A stretch of 64,000 nucleotides of DNA from an uncultured archaeon (GCA_938074535.1 CALJER010000016.1:11356-75355), one strand, 5' to 3'; positions 19,412-30,094 are shown, counted from the first letter of the stretch. The notes: generated from the sequence alone by a model not told the origin. Numbers and translations are program-made.

Positions 19412-19764
19412 GCTTCGGGCCTTCTCGTTTTTAGGGTCTCTTCCAGCTTCTGCTGCAGCTCCCTGAGCCTCTCCGCTACCCTCTCCTCCTGGCGCTCCAG
19501 GGTCTTCACCCTCAGCTCTAGGGTCTCCCTCTGCTCCTCCAGTTCCTTCCTGAGTTCTTCCCTGCTGGCCCTCACCAGCAGGGGTCCAACTCCCTTGTAG
19601 ACCGTCGCGTCCTGCGGGCTCTTGTCCAGCTCCTCCAGGGCCTTCTTGGTTTCCAGCATCAGCAACTCCAGCTGCTGTCTCTGTGCGGCCAGGGCCTGGG
19701 CGTGCTGCTGCGCCTGCTGGTACTGTGCCACCATGTGCTTCAGCTGCGGGGGGAGCTCTTCCAT
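19408..19764 (-). CDS. pfdB: Prefoldin beta subunit
   Basis: ELPPQL..., VYKGVGPLLV coiled coil; superoperon position. Confidence 0.94.
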   Translation of the reverse strand: MEELPPQLKHMVAQYQQAQQHAQALAAQRQQLELLMLETKKALEELDKSPQDATVYKGVGPLLVRASREELRKELEEQRETLELRVKTLERQEERVAERLRELQQKLEETLKTRRPEA

Positions 19765-20021
19765 CCTCTTTCCTCCTTGAGTTCCATCATGTCGCGCACC
19801 ACCGCTACGAGCCTCAGAAGGGAGTTCAGGGCAGCGCGCAGAGAGGGCGTATCCCTCGCCCTCACCTCCAGCTTCAGGGTCTTTCCCCTGGCCGAGACCC
19901 TCACGGAGCTCTTGTCCCTCCCGGGGGAGGACTCCTCCGGCTTCAGGGCCAGGAGGGCCTCCCTGGCCAGCTCCGCGCTGGGGAACACCATCTCCACCTC
20001 AGCTTCAGAGCGAGTAGACAC
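19740..20021 (-). CDS. pcc1: KEOPS subunit Pcc1
   Basis: ALKPE...ARDTPSLRAALNSLLR; lies between rpoP and pfdB. Confidence 0.88.
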   Translation of the reverse strand: MSTRSEAEVEMVFPSAELAREALLALKPEESSPGRDKSSVRVSARGKTLKLEVRARDTPSLRAALNSLLRLVAVVRDMMELKEERGWKSSPRS

Positions 20022-20030
20022 CCAACCACC

Positions 20031-20162
20031 TCATATGGCCTTCACCTTCCTGACCACCGGCTGGCGAACCTTGTAAAAGATCCTGAAACCGCAGCGGGGA
20101 CAGACCACCCTCTCCAGCTTCTGGATCTCCACCTTTTCCCCGCAGTGGTAGCACTTGTACAT
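20031..20162 (-). CDS. rpoP: RNA polymerase subunit Rpo12 (RpoP)
   Basis: MYKCYHCG...CPRCGFRIFYKVRQP zinc ribbon. Confidence 0.93.
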   Translation of the reverse strand: MYKCYHCGEKVEIQKLERVVCPRCGFRIFYKVRQPVVRKVKAI

Positions 20163-20163
20163 C

Positions 20164-20400
20164 TCATCCCCTCCTGCCCCCCGGGGAGGGGGGGTGGTAA
20201 GCCGGGCCGGCAAACTTGCCACCGCACTTGAAGCACTCCCAGATACCTGTGCTGACCCTTTTCAGCCTCTTCGACCCACAGGAAGGGCAGGGATGCTTTC
20301 CAGCCTTCTCGGCCTCTATTTCCCCGGCCAGCCTCCTGTCTTTCAGTCCGTACCTGGGCCCGTACTTCCCCGCCGCGCCCACTTTTTTCGTCCTTCCCAT
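20164..20400 (-). CDS. rpl37ae: 50S ribosomal protein L37ae (eL43)
   Basis: TKKVGAAGKYGPRYG, CPSC...GIWECFKC. Confidence 0.95.
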   Translation of the reverse strand: MGRTKKVGAAGKYGPRYGLKDRRLAGEIEAEKAGKHPCPSCGSKRLKRVSTGIWECFKCGGKFAGPAYHPPSPGGRRG

Positions 20401-20404
20401 ACCC

Positions 20405-21166
20405 TCACAGCTTCTTCCTCAGTTCTTCCCCGCATTTCCTTGCAAGTTCGTAGGCCTTCTCCAGTTCCTCCCTCTGGAAGAACCCGCTTCCACCCTTCTG
20501 CATGGCGCAGATGTTCCCGTTCTCCAGGGTGGAGATGGTCAGCCTCACGTCCGCCGTGTTCTCCTCCTCCAGACCCGCATCCACCATCATCACTCCGTTG
20601 AGCTTTACCACGGTCACGGCTACGGGTTTGGCCCTGAGGGGGAACTCGGGGAGGGTCCACCCTTCCACGGCGGGAGGCTTCACGTCATAGAGCGCCGCCA
20701 CGCTGGCTAGAACGGAGGCGTCTATCAGGTTCCCGTCGTGGTCGAGCACGTAGATGTCGATGAAGACCGCCCACACCTCCTCCCCCTCCTTGATACACAG
20801 CTTCTCCAGGTCTATCATCTGGGACTCCCTTATCGTCCTGTCTACTACCCTGGCCAGTTCTATGGCGTTCTCGTTGGGTGGCCCGGGCTCGAAGGTGGGT
20901 GAGGCGAGGGGCAGGAGCTCTGCGTTCACCACCAAGATGCCGGAGGTGGGGGTGTCGGGGAAGGGTTCCCCCTTCTCAAGCTTCACGCCCACCATCACTT
21001 GGGTGTTTCCCAGCTTCACCAGGGCGGAACCTTGGGCAGTTCCTATCACCCCCCTCTCTATCGAAACTTCCCGGTACTGATCGAGGGCCCTGCCGTCCAC
21101 CCTTTTTCCCTGCATGGCCAGGTCCACTAGGTACTCCTTCTTCACACTTGCTATGAGTTCCTTCAT
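20405..21166 (-). CDS. rrp42: Exosome subunit Rrp42
   Basis: RNase PH fold; FEPGPPNENAIELARVVDR, DHDGNLIDA. Confidence 0.95.
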   Translation of the reverse strand: MKELIASVKKEYLVDLAMQGKRVDGRALDQYREVSIERGVIGTAQGSALVKLGNTQVMVGVKLEKGEPFPDTPTSGILVVNAELLPLASPTFEPGPPNENAIELARVVDRTIRESQMIDLEKLCIKEGEEVWAVFIDIYVLDHDGNLIDASVLASVAALYDVKPPAVEGWTLPEFPLRAKPVAVTVVKLNGVMMVDAGLEEENTADVRLTISTLENGNICAMQKGGSGFFQREELEKAYELARKCGEELRKKL

Positions 21167-21904
21167 CTACCTCCCTTCCTCAAGCGAGGGCAGGTATTTC
21201 TCCTTCAGGGCCTCCTTCTGGGCTTCATATATCTGCTCCACCCCTTTGAAAGCCAGGTCCAAAGCCTGCCTGAATTCCTGCGGGGTGAAGTTCCCGTCCA
21301 TCTGCAAGAGGGTGATGCACTTCCTTCTGGGCATGACCGCTACGGGCATGTCGGCTTCTCCCCACTGGTCCTCCTCCTTCATCAGATCCAGCACCACCGT
21401 GCCGTCCACCTTTCCTACCGAAATTCCCGCCACCAGATCCCTCATGGGCACGCCTGCGTCGGCGAGAGCTACGGAGGCGGCGGTGATTCCCGCCGTCCTA
21501 GTCCCCGCGTCCGCCTGGAGGATTTCGATGAACACGTCTATCACGGCCCTCGGATAGAGGTGCAGGAAGAGGACCGGCTCCAGGGCCTCCCTTATCACCT
21601 TGGAGATCTCCATGGACCTCCTGTCTGGTCCAGGTCTCTTTCTCTCCTCCACCGAAAAGGGGGCCATGTTGTACCTGCAGCGCAGGACGGCTACATCGGC
21701 CTGTTGCAGGTGCCTGGGGTGCATCTCCTTGGGACCGTAGACGGCGGCCAGGATCTTGTTCTTTCCGAGTTCTATGTAGGCCGACCCATCCGCACGCTTC
21801 AGAATCCCGGCCTTTATGCGGAGGGGTCTCAGCTCGTCTGGCCTTCTTCCGTCCAGCCTCCTCCCGTCCACCAGCAGCTTCTCGGGTTTTGCCTCTGCCA
21901 TCAT
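21167..21904 (-). CDS. rrp41: Exosome exonuclease Rrp41
   Basis: [37 protein letters not shown]. Confidence 0.96.
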   Translation of the reverse strand: MMAEAKPEKLLVDGRRLDGRRPDELRPLRIKAGILKRADGSAYIELGKNKILAAVYGPKEMHPRHLQQADVAVLRCRYNMAPFSVEERKRPGPDRRSMEISKVIREALEPVLFLHLYPRAVIDVFIEILQADAGTRTAGITAASVALADAGVPMRDLVAGISVGKVDGTVVLDLMKEEDQWGEADMPVAVMPRRKCITLLQMDGNFTPQEFRQALDLAFKGVEQIYEAQKEALKEKYLPSLEEGR

Positions 21905-22581
21905 CCTTCCCTTTCCAGCTTGGCTTTTATCCTATCCGTGAGTCCAGATAAATGTGCTTCTCTCTCTATTAACAGTATTGCTTCCACCACCGCGTTCACT
22001 TTTTTGAGGTCCCTCCCCCTGATCAGGATCCTTCCGTTCAGCCCCACCTCCAGCCTGCATCCCGAGGTTTCCTCCAGCACCTTCAACATGGATCCCTTCC
22101 TGCCTATTACCCTGGGAACTTTGGCCGGACTTATCTCCACCAGCCTCCCTCCCCTGATCCTCCCCATTCCTCTCTCGGAGGCCGTCAGCTGCACCCTCCA
22201 CCTCTCGTCCACCTCCCTCACCTCGGCCAGCACGGCGTCGCCTATCCTCAGGAACTTTCCTATGTCCTCTCTGAAGACGTCCACCTTTCTCCCCACCAGC
22301 TCCGAGACCATCAGGTTGCCGGTGTAAGGGGAGTTGAGGTCGAGGATCCATCCGAAGGGATGGGTGTCGGTGACGATGCCTATCACCCTGTCCCCCCTCC
22401 TGGGGATGTACCTGCCCTGGAGGGAGATCACGCTTATGCTTTTTTCCCTTATTTCCGCCAGCCCTATCACCGCGGAGAAGATCTTTCCGCCTTCGAGAAA
22501 GGTTCCCTCCCCCGCGAAGTAATCCCCTTCCGCGAGCAGCCTGCCCGGCACCACCAGTTCCCGGTTCTCCACAAACAGCAT
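21901..22581 (-). CDS. rrp4: Exosome RNA-binding subunit Rrp4
   Basis: VVPG, S1 domain, KH motif [12 protein letters not shown]. Confidence 0.95.
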   Translation of the reverse strand: MLFVENRELVVPGRLLAEGDYFAGEGTFLEGGKIFSAVIGLAEIREKSISVISLQGRYIPRRGDRVIGIVTDTHPFGWILDLNSPYTGNLMVSELVGRKVDVFREDIGKFLRIGDAVLAEVREVDERWRVQLTASERGMGRIRGGRLVEISPAKVPRVIGRKGSMLKVLEETSGCRLEVGLNGRILIRGRDLKKVNAVVEAILLIEREAHLSGLTDRIKAKLEREG

Positions 22582-23273
22582 CAGAGCACCTTTGTCTGAA
22601 CCTCACCCCTGGTGAGGTCGTTCAGCCTGTCGAAGAACTCGGGCTGGAAGCCGGCGGGGATCTCCACCAGGAGGAGGAGGGAGCCGTCGGTGAGCCATTC
22701 CTCCTTCTTCACTTCCGCCATGCTCTTGATGGCATGCAGCGACTTCCCCGCGTACTGCGGGGGGATCTTCAGGGCTATCTTCCTCATCTCGAACTTCAGG
22801 GGGAGGATGGGCTGGATGGCCTTCACCACGGCAGGGAGCTGCTCCTCCGCCCTCTTGAACTCCTCTATCCCCACCTTGGCCCTCCTCACGGCTTCCTCCA
22901 CCCGGGAGGGGGGATGGGGCAGGCCCGTCTGGGGGTTGATGGCCCTCCTGGCTATAAGGGAGACGATCTGCTTCAGCTTCTCCTCCCTCATCTTCCTCCT
23001 CTGCTCTGTGGTCAGCTGAATTTTACCCTTTAGGAGGATTTGCTCCGCCACCTTCCTTACCTCGTCGGTCCCGAAGACCTTGAGCAGGGCCTCCCTCGAG
23101 GCGGTCTCCCCCTTCCTCGCGTCCTTGAAGACCTTTTCCACGGCCAGGAGGTTTCCCATCTCCACGCTTCCGCCCTCTTTGAAAGCCACCGCCAGGTCTG
23201 GGTCCACCAGCACCTCGAAGTCCATTCCCTGTGCTGAGAGCCTCGCCACGACGGCATCTTCCAGCTTTACCAT
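22581..23273 (-). CDS. Ribosome maturation factor SBDS/Sdo1
   Basis: FEVLVDP, IQLTTEQRRKM, INPQTGLPHPP. Confidence 0.95.
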   Translation of the reverse strand: MVKLEDAVVARLSAQGMDFEVLVDPDLAVAFKEGGSVEMGNLLAVEKVFKDARKGETASREALLKVFGTDEVRKVAEQILLKGKIQLTTEQRRKMREEKLKQIVSLIARRAINPQTGLPHPPSRVEEAVRRAKVGIEEFKRAEEQLPAVVKAIQPILPLKFEMRKIALKIPPQYAGKSLHAIKSMAEVKKEEWLTDGSLLLLVEIPAGFQPEFFDRLNDLTRGEVQTKVL

Positions 23274-23283
23274 CTTCCCCCCA

Positions 23284-24006
23284 CTACTTCAGCTTGGAGA
23301 GGTAGCCGGCAATTTCCTCCGTGGTGAGTTTCTGGAACCTTCTGGTTTTGAGGGGAATCACGGCCACCTCCAGCTTGGTGGGTTCGAGCTCCCCTTCTAT
23401 GACCAGCTTCAGGGCCCTGAAGGCCAGCAGCACAGCTTCCTCCAAGCTCATTTTGTCTCCGTACTCTTTCTCCAGGAACTCGAGCACGGTGGGGGCCCCA
23501 CCCCCTATGGCCTGCGCCTTGTAAGCTGCCACCACCCCGCTGGGGTCGGTCTCGAAGAGGTGTGGCCCATCCCTGTCCACTCCGCCTATCAGCAGTCTGG
23601 CCCCGAAGGGTCTCACCCCTCCGTGCTGGGTGTAAAGCTGCTTCAGGTCCCCTATGTGTCTGGCTATGGATTGTACGCTAGCGGGTTCGTCGTACCTGAG
23701 CCTGTTTATCTGGGCCTCTATCCTGGCGTTCTCGATCAGGACTCTGGCGTCGGCTATGAGTCCCGAGGCGGCTGCACCCACATGCTCGTCTATCTGGAAA
23801 ATTTTTTCAATGGAGAACTCCTCGGCCAGTCTGTTCCTCAGCCTCCTCTCGGCGGAAAGAACCACCCCATCCCTGGCTTTTATCCCCAGCGCGGTTAGAC
23901 CCTTCTTCACGGCCTCCTGGGCATACTGCACCTGGAACAGCTTTCCGTCAGGACTGAAGACCGTTATGGCCCGGTCGTATCCCGCTCCCGGTGGTGCGAA
24001 AACCAT
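23284..24006 (-). CDS. psmA: Proteasome alpha subunit
   Basis: YDRAITVFSPDGKLFQVQYA, YTQHGGVRPFG, TDPSG. Confidence 0.97.
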   Translation of the reverse strand: MVFAPPGAGYDRAITVFSPDGKLFQVQYAQEAVKKGLTALGIKARDGVVLSAERRLRNRLAEEFSIEKIFQIDEHVGAAASGLIADARVLIENARIEAQINRLRYDEPASVQSIARHIGDLKQLYTQHGGVRPFGARLLIGGVDRDGPHLFETDPSGVVAAYKAQAIGGGAPTVLEFLEKEYGDKMSLEEAVLLAFRALKLVIEGELEPTKLEVAVIPLKTRRFQKLTTEEIAGYLSKLK

Positions 24007-24121
24007 ACAGGTCTTACCTACTGGGTGGGGTCTATATTTAACTTCATCGTTGAGTGCCTTCCCAAAGGGGGTTCACCCTCTTCTAGGTCCCTTGCTGGAC
24101 GCCGAGTTGAGATGCGGTGGA

Positions 24122-24403
24122 CTAGCCCAACGGTGAGCAGCCCTTTCTGGTCAGGAACCTGCCCGCCCCCTTTATGGTGCCTGAGACCCCAACGATTCTC
24201 ACGCCCTTGAGGGAGAGAAACCTTTTGATTCCCTCCACCCGTGTGTGTTCACACCGGAGAAGAACCAGGTTGGGTCCAAGGGGGAGGAACTTCGGCTCTT
24301 CTGGGCCCAGGTTGGGCTCTTCGGCCAGCAGGACCTGCAGGTGCTCCCTGCTTATCTCCCCCCCAGGCTCCAGAATCAGGTACCTCCTCCTGGTCCTCTT
24401 CAT
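24122..24403 (-). CDS. rnp2: RNase P protein component Pop5/Rpp14
   Basis: RRRYL...LRC...IVGVSGTIK. ATGA overlap with the upstream gene. Confidence 0.8.
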   Translation of the reverse strand: MKRTRRRYLILEPGGEISREHLQVLLAEEPNLGPEEPKFLPLGPNLVLLRCEHTRVEGIKRFLSLKGVRIVGVSGTIKGAGRFLTRKGCSPLG

Positions 24404-24834
24404 TTTTGCTTCCCCAGGGATCTGAGGACTTCTGAGAGCTCCCCGGCTCTGGAGGAACCCCCTTCTATCCTCAGGTTTAGGTGTATTACCTCGTCCCCCT
24501 TCCCCAGCACCCACCTGCCCAGACAGGCTTCTTGCTTGTCGAGCCTCAGGTAGAGGTTCCCGCGCCTGTCCATGCGGCTTTCCAGGCCTGAGAGTAGAGC
24601 TTCCCTGTCTTCAAGCTTCCGGAGGAGAGAGGAGAGCATTTCCTCCACCTCTCTCCCGCCCTTTACCCTGGCTTCCAGCATGGAGAGGGGATTGCCGTGG
24701 TGTCCCTCCATCTCGATCTTCTTCTCCTTGGTCCCCGCGGGAAGGAGGTTCCTGAGAACCCCCGACAGCTTCCCCTCATCCTCGGTGGCGTGCACCAGGA
24801 CCCTTACCCTGACCTCACGCACGGGGAGCCTCAT
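24400..24834 (-). CDS. Exosome-associated RNA-binding protein (COG1325/DUF54)
   Basis: VHATED, EGHHGNP, LYLRLDKQ. Confidence 0.88.
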   Translation of the reverse strand: MRLPVREVRVRVLVHATEDEGKLSGVLRNLLPAGTKEKKIEMEGHHGNPLSMLEARVKGGREVEEMLSSLLRKLEDREALLSGLESRMDRRGNLYLRLDKQEACLGRWVLGKGDEVIHLNLRIEGGSSRAGELSEVLRSLGKQK

Positions 24835-24872
24835 CCAGGGTTAAAGAGGTACCCGGGGGGAAAAACCTTAGC

Positions 24873-25316
24873 CTAGAGCCCCCTGCTCTTTCTTCCGGCC
24901 GAGGTCAGTCCCCTGAAGACCCTTCCCCTGGCCTTTATCTGGGAGAGCTGCGGGTCGCTCCTTATGACGGGGTGGTGGGGATCGATCAGTATCACCTCGA
25001 AGTACTCGCTTCTTCCGTCGGAGTCCACCCAGTAGGAGTTGAGAACCTCCAGGTTGGGATACTTCCTGGCCGCCCTCTCCTCCGCTATCCACTGAAGGCT
25101 CTTGGCTGGCGTGAACTTCAGGACCCCCATCCTGCGGGGCTTCCTTCCCCTCGCGGGCCTGGGTTTTCTCCTCCCACCCTTCCTCACCCTCACCCTCACC
25201 ACTACCACGCCCTGCTTGTCCTTGTACCCCAGCGCCCTGGCCCTCCTGAGCTTGGTGGGTTTAGGAATCCTTACCACGGAGGGCTCCCTTCCGGACCGCA
25301 CTTTCCCAGGGTTCAT
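24873..25316 (-). CDS. rpl15e: 50S ribosomal protein L15e (eL15), short form
   Basis: [51 protein letters not shown]. Confidence 0.93.
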   Translation of the reverse strand: MNPGKVRSGREPSVVRIPKPTKLRRARALGYKDKQGVVVVRVRVRKGGRRKPRPARGRKPRRMGVLKFTPAKSLQWIAEERAARKYPNLEVLNSYWVDSDGRSEYFEVILIDPHHPVIRSDPQLSQIKARGRVFRGLTSAGRKSRGL

Positions 25317-26236
25317 TCCTTCCCTCCACCCATCAGCTCCTTTATTTTCTGGGAGAGGATGAGGGCTATGTTCCGCTGTGCTTCGACGGTGGAGGCACCC
25401 AGGTGCGGGGTGGGAATTACGTGCTCCATGGACAGGAGTTCCAAGTTCTTAGTGGGTTCCTCCTCGAAGACGTCGAGGCAGGCCCCCGCTATCCACCCTT
25501 CCCTGAGGGCCCTAACGAGGGCCTTCTCGTCCACGATCTTCCCCCTGGAGGTGTTCACCAGCACGGCGGTGGGCTTCATGAGGGAGAGCTCCTTCTCCCC
25601 TATCATCCCTTCCGTTTGGGGGGTGAGGGGAACATGGAGGGTCACGAAATCAGCTTCCCTGAGGAGGGCTGGGAGGTCCACGTACCTTACTCCCTCCCTC
25701 TCCATCTCTTCCCTCTTCACGATGTCGTATCCCAGCACCCTCATCCCGAAGGCCAGAGCCTTGCGGGCCACCTCCCCGCCTATCCTTCCCACCCCTATCA
25801 CCCCTAGAGTTTTTCCCTTGAGCTCCGTCCCTATGAACTTCTCCTTCTTCCATTTTCCCTCCTTGAGCTCCCTGCAGGCCTGGGGGATCTTCCTTGCCCA
25901 GCAGAGCATCAGCCCCATCACCAGCTCAGCCACTGCGGTCTTGGAGGCCTCAGGGGCATAAACCACCTTTATGCCCCTCTCCTCCGCGGCCTTCACATCG
26001 ATGTTGTCTATCCCCACACCTGCCCTGGCCACCAGCTTGAGCTTTTTTCCTGCCTCCATCACCTTCTTGGTGACTTTGGTGGAGCCCCTCACTATCAAAA
26101 CCTCGCACCCCTCTACCTCCTTGCAGAGCTCTTCCTCGGAGAGCCTGGGCTTGATCACCACCTCTCCCAGCTTCTCCATTTCTCTGGCAAACTCGGGCGA
26201 GACGTGGTCGGCCACCAAGATTTTCAGGCTTCCCAC
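25313..26236 (-). CDS. serA: D-3-phosphoglycerate dehydrogenase-like D-2-hydroxyacid dehydrogenase (no ACT domain)
   Basis: [36 protein letters not shown]. Confidence 0.82.
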   Translation of the reverse strand: MGSLKILVADHVSPEFAREMEKLGEVVIKPRLSEEELCKEVEGCEVLIVRGSTKVTKKVMEAGKKLKLVARAGVGIDNIDVKAAEERGIKVVYAPEASKTAVAELVMGLMLCWARKIPQACRELKEGKWKKEKFIGTELKGKTLGVIGVGRIGGEVARKALAFGMRVLGYDIVKREEMEREGVRYVDLPALLREADFVTLHVPLTPQTEGMIGEKELSLMKPTAVLVNTSRGKIVDEKALVRALREGWIAGACLDVFEEEPTKNLELLSMEHVIPTPHLGASTVEAQRNIALILSQKIKELMGGGKE

Positions 26237-26242
26237 CCCTTC

Positions 26243-27424
26243 CTACAGCCCCCTCTCCCCGAAGATTTGATAGGGAAGGGTGAAAAGCCTGACCATCCCT
26301 TCGGCCTCCCTCTGGTCCAGGCCCTTCTGTTTCACCGACCTCAGCTGGGGCAGGAAGAGGGAAGAGGGGGACTCCCTCCTCACCACCCTCATCCCCCCTT
26401 TGTAGAGCTCCACCTCCACCCTGCCGTTCACGGTCCTCTGGGTGGAGTCGATGAAGGCGTCCAGATCCTTCTTCAGGGGATGGAGCCAGGAGGCGTGGTA
26501 GACCAGGTCGGCCCAGAGCCTGTCCACCTCCCTCTTCACGCGCAGCTGCTCCTTGGTGAGGGTGAGGTGCTCCAGGTCAGCGTGGGTGTGGAGGAGGATG
26601 GTTGCAGCCGGAGCCTCGTACAGCTCCCTCGACTTCAGGCCGAGCATGCCGTCCTCCAGGATGTCGATGATTCCTATCCCGTTCTTCCCCCCCACTTCGT
26701 TGAGGTAAAAAATCATCTCCACAGGGTCCCTTATCCCATCCACCTCCACGGGTATTCCCTTCTCGTAGGTGATGCTGACCACCGTGGGCCTGTCTGGAGC
26801 CTTTTCGGGCGGAACAACCCAAAGGTAGTCCTCGGGGTACTGGGAGAAGAGGTCCTCCACCTGCCCGCTACCCATGGAGTGGGACCACATGTTGACGTCA
26901 CCCCCCAGCTTGCCCTTGGGCCTCTTGGGCTCCACACCCCTTTCCCTGAGCATCTCCTCCTCTTCCGCCCTGGAAAGGTTGAGTTCCCTCACGGGTGCGA
27001 TGATCCTGAGGTTGGGCAGGTAGTACCTGAAGACGGACTCCACCCTGAACTGGTCGTTGCCCTTCCCGGTGCATCCGTGGGCCACCGCTTCCGCCCCTTC
27101 CTTCTTGGCCACCTCCGCCACCTTCGTGGCTATCAGCACCCTGCTCATGGAGGTACCCACGGGATAGCCCTCGTAGCTTCCGTTGGCCTTGATGCACCGG
27201 TGGATGTATTCCGTGACGAACTCCTTCTTGGCATCTATGAACCGGACCTGGGCTCCCAGCTTCTCCGCCCTCTCGAAGCCTATCCTGATCTCCTCCTCCC
27301 CCTGACCCACATCCACCAAAACGGGTATCACCTCGTCGTAGCCGTACCTCTCCCTCAGAAGGGCGATCAGCAGGGTGGAGTCGAGCCCACCCGAGTATGC
27401 CAGCGCCACCTTTTTACCCGGCAT
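26243..27424 (-). CDS. Argininosuccinate synthase paralogue (divergent substrate pocket)
   Basis: AYSGGLDS, HGCTGKGNDQFR and KSRELYEAP are present, but the YSxDxNLxxxSxEG motif reads LGGDVNMWSHSMGS. Confidence 0.88.
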   Translation of the reverse strand: MPGKKVALAYSGGLDSTLLIALLRERYGYDEVIPVLVDVGQGEEEIRIGFERAEKLGAQVRFIDAKKEFVTEYIHRCIKANGSYEGYPVGTSMSRVLIATKVAEVAKKEGAEAVAHGCTGKGNDQFRVESVFRYYLPNLRIIAPVRELNLSRAEEEEMLRERGVEPKRPKGKLGGDVNMWSHSMGSGQVEDLFSQYPEDYLWVVPPEKAPDRPTVVSITYEKGIPVEVDGIRDPVEMIFYLNEVGGKNGIGIIDILEDGMLGLKSRELYEAPAATILLHTHADLEHLTLTKEQLRVKREVDRLWADLVYHASWLHPLKKDLDAFIDSTQRTVNGRVEVELYKGGMRVVRRESPSSLFLPQLRSVKQKGLDQREAEGMVRLFTLPYQIFGERGL

Positions 27425-27437
27425 TCCCTTCTTTTTC

Positions 27438-28937
27438 CTAACTCGATATATAAGTCTTTACCTTTTTTTCCAGGTTTTTCTCGGCTTCCTCCACCCTCTT
27501 CCTCCTCCGATCCATCATGGCTTTCCTCCTCTTCAGCTCCCTTTTCCTAGCTCTCAGCATCCTCCTCACCTCCCTGGGCGAGGGACTCCCCAGGGTCCTC
27601 CTCCTCTTCAGGGAGAAGGAGGGATCCAGATACCTGAGCACCCTCCGGTCCATCTTCACCTTCCTTCCCAGAACCTTCTCCGCTGCCCTCTCCAGGAGTT
27701 CCTCAGACAGCTCCTTTACCGTAAGCCCGGAGGAGAGGGCCTCCCGGACCGCCTCCCCCACCACTGCGTGTGCCTGCCTGAAGGAGAGCCCGGCCTCCCT
27801 CACCAGGCCCTCCGCCAGATCCCAGGCGAGCGCCCAGCTGAGGGAGGAAGAGGAAACCATCTTCTCCTCCTTCACCTTCATGGTTTCCAGGGCCCCCTTC
27901 ATGATCTCCAAGCAGCTCCTGGTCTCGTCCAGGCACCTCCAGAGGGGCGGCTTCACCTGCTGCAGGTCCCTGTTGTATCCGCTCGGAAGGCCCTTCAGGA
28001 GGGTGAGGAGGGAATGAAGGGATCCGTGGACCTCCCCCGCCTTTCCCCTTATCAGTTCCAGCGTACACGGGTTCTTCTTCTGGGGCATGGCGCTGGAGGT
28101 GGAGGAGTACTCGTCGGAGAGCTCCACATACCCGAACTCCTGGGTGGACCACAGGATGAGGTCCTCCGCCATTCTGCTCAAGTGAGTCATGAGGAGGCTC
28201 ATACAGGCCGCCGCTTCCAGCACGGCGTCCCTTGAGCTCACCGCGTCGAGGGAGTTCTCCACCAGCCCCTCGAAGCCCAGGAGGGAAGCGATTCTTCTCC
28301 TGTTCAGGGGGAAGGTGGATCCCCCCACCGCCCCACCTCCCAGCGGGCAGAGGTTCACCCTGCGGTAGCAGTCCTCCATCCTGTCGAAGTCCCTCAGGAG
28401 GAGGTCGACCTGAGCCAGCAGGTAGTGCCCCAGCGTTCCAAGCTGGGCATGCTGGGTGTGGGTGAGGAGGATGAGGGGGGTCTTCTGGTGTTTTTCCGCC
28501 TTCCTGAGGAGGACCTCCGCCAGCTCGAGGATGGAGGCGGAAACAAGGTTCAGCTCCTTCCTGAGCCTCAGCCTGAGGTCCAGGGCCACCTGGTCGTTCC
28601 TCGATCTCCCCGTGTGGAGCTTTCCGCCCGTCTCCATTCCCACCTCCGCTATTACCCTGGCTTCCAGAAGCTCGTGCACATCCTCAAACTTCCCCTCCGC
28701 CTTCAGCCTTCCTTTCCTGTAGTCCTCCCTCGCTCTCTCCAGCGAGGAGAGGATGGCTTTGAGCTCCTGTAGGGAGAGGATTCCCTGCTCGTGGAGCATG
28801 ATCTCATGGGCCTCCGTTCCGTCTATATCGTCTTCTATCATCCTCTCGTCCTCCCTGAGGGAGGAAACGAACTTCCAGACCTCCTCCCTCAACTCCTTCG
28901 AGAGCCTGGCCCTGTAGATCCCTTTCTCATCCCCCAT
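27438..28937 (-). CDS. argH: Argininosuccinate lyase
   Basis: [38 protein letters not shown]. Confidence 0.95.
   Translation of the reverse strand: MGDEKGIYRARLSKELREEVWKFVSSLREDERMIEDDIDGTEAHEIMLHEQGILSLQELKAILSSLERAREDYRKGRLKAEGKFEDVHELLEARVIAEVGMETGGKLHTGRSRNDQVALDLRLRLRKELNLVSASILELAEVLLRKAEKHQKTPLILLTHTQHAQLGTLGHYLLAQVDLLLRDFDRMEDCYRRVNLCPLGGGAVGGSTFPLNRRRIASLLGFEGLVENSLDAVSSRDAVLEAAACMSLLMTHLSRMAEDLILWSTQEFGYVELSDEYSSTSSAMPQKKNPCTLELIRGKAGEVHGSLHSLLTLLKGLPSGYNRDLQQVKPPLWRCLDETRSCLEIMKGALETMKVKEEKMVSSSSLSWALAWDLAEGLVREAGLSFRQAHAVVGEAVREALSSGLTVKELSEELLERAAEKVLGRKVKMDRRVLRYLDPSFSLKRRRTLGSPSPREVRRMLRARKRELKRRKAMMDRRRKRVEEAEKNLEKKVKTYISS
27446..27453 (-). promoter_or_regulatory. Putative internal TATA box (TTATATAT) for the argG paralogue, inside the argH 3' end
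   Basis: AAAGACTTATATAT about 22-35 nt upstream of ATG 27424, AT-rich in a GC-rich context. Confidence 0.5.
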
Positions 28938-30060
28938 GGATTTCCCTCAGCTTTCTGACCACCGCCTCTCCCACCTCGTGGGTCTTGGAGGTCCCTCCCA
29001 GATCGTAAGTCAGGTGCTTCCCCTCCCTGAGCACCTCCCTCACGGCGCTCTCCACGAGCTGCGAGGCCTCTCTCTCCCCGAGCTCCTCCAGCATCATCTT
29101 TCCTGCCAGGATGGTGGCCAGGGGGTTGGCCACTCCCTTGCCCGCATACTTAGGTGCAGAGCCGTGGATGGGCTCGAACATGCTTACTCCTTCCGGGTTC
29201 AGGTTCCCGCCCGGCGCCAGACCCATCCCCCCCTGGAGCATCGCTCCAAGATCGGTTATGATGTCCCCGAACATGTTGGGGGTAACCACCACCTCATACC
29301 ACTCCGGGTTTTTCACCATCCACATGGTCATGGCGTCCACGAAGGCCAGCTCCGTCTCTATCTCCGGGTATCCTTTCGCCACCTCCTGAAAGACCTCCCT
29401 CCACAGTCCATAAACGTGGGTGAGGACGTTGGCCTTGTCCACGGCTGTAACCTTCCTCCTTCCCTCCCTTTTGGCCAGCTCGAAGGCGTACCTTATAACC
29501 CTCTCCGCGCCCTTTCTGCTCATCACCCCCAGCTGGTAAGCTATCTCCTCCCTGTCGCTCTCCACATCCATCCCCAGCTTAAGCTGGTACAGCTCTCTCA
29601 CCATGCGGTGCTCTTCCCTCCACCTGCCCCTTCCCCTTCCTCCCAGTCCCACGTAGAAGTCCTCCGTGTTCTCCCTCACCACGTAGAAGTCTATGTCCTC
29701 CGGTTTTTTGTCCTTCAGGGGACAGGGTGCTCCGGGGTAGAGCTTGATGGGGCGCAGGTTTACGTACTGGTCGAAGTAGAACCTGAGGGTGAGCAGAAGG
29801 CCCCTCTCCAGCACCCCGGTGGGTATCCTGGGGTCACCCACCGCTCCAAGGTAGATGGCGTCGAACCTGGAGAGCTCCTTAAGGTCCTCCTCCTCCAGGA
29901 GCTTTCCCGTTTTGAGATAGTACTCCCCCCCGTAGGGGAACTCCTCCAGGGAGAGCTCCACTCCGGCGAGCTCACAGGCAGCCTGGAGGACCTTCACCCC
30001 TTCCCTCATCACCTCGGGCCCTATGCCATCCCCAGGTATGACCGCGATCTTGTAGCCCAT
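28927..30060 (-). CDS. leuB: 3-isopropylmalate/homoisocitrate-type dehydrogenase
   Basis: [37 protein letters not shown]. Confidence 0.85.
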   Translation of the reverse strand: MGYKIAVIPGDGIGPEVMREGVKVLQAACELAGVELSLEEFPYGGEYYLKTGKLLEEEDLKELSRFDAIYLGAVGDPRIPTGVLERGLLLTLRFYFDQYVNLRPIKLYPGAPCPLKDKKPEDIDFYVVRENTEDFYVGLGGRGRGRWREEHRMVRELYQLKLGMDVESDREEIAYQLGVMSRKGAERVIRYAFELAKREGRRKVTAVDKANVLTHVYGLWREVFQEVAKGYPEIETELAFVDAMTMWMVKNPEWYEVVVTPNMFGDIITDLGAMLQGGMGLAPGGNLNPEGVSMFEPIHGSAPKYAGKGVANPLATILAGKMMLEELGEREASQLVESAVREVLREGKHLTYDLGGTSKTHEVGEAVVRKLREIHGG

Positions 30061-30094
30061 GGGTCCCAATTACCTTGAGGGCTCTCGTTATAAC

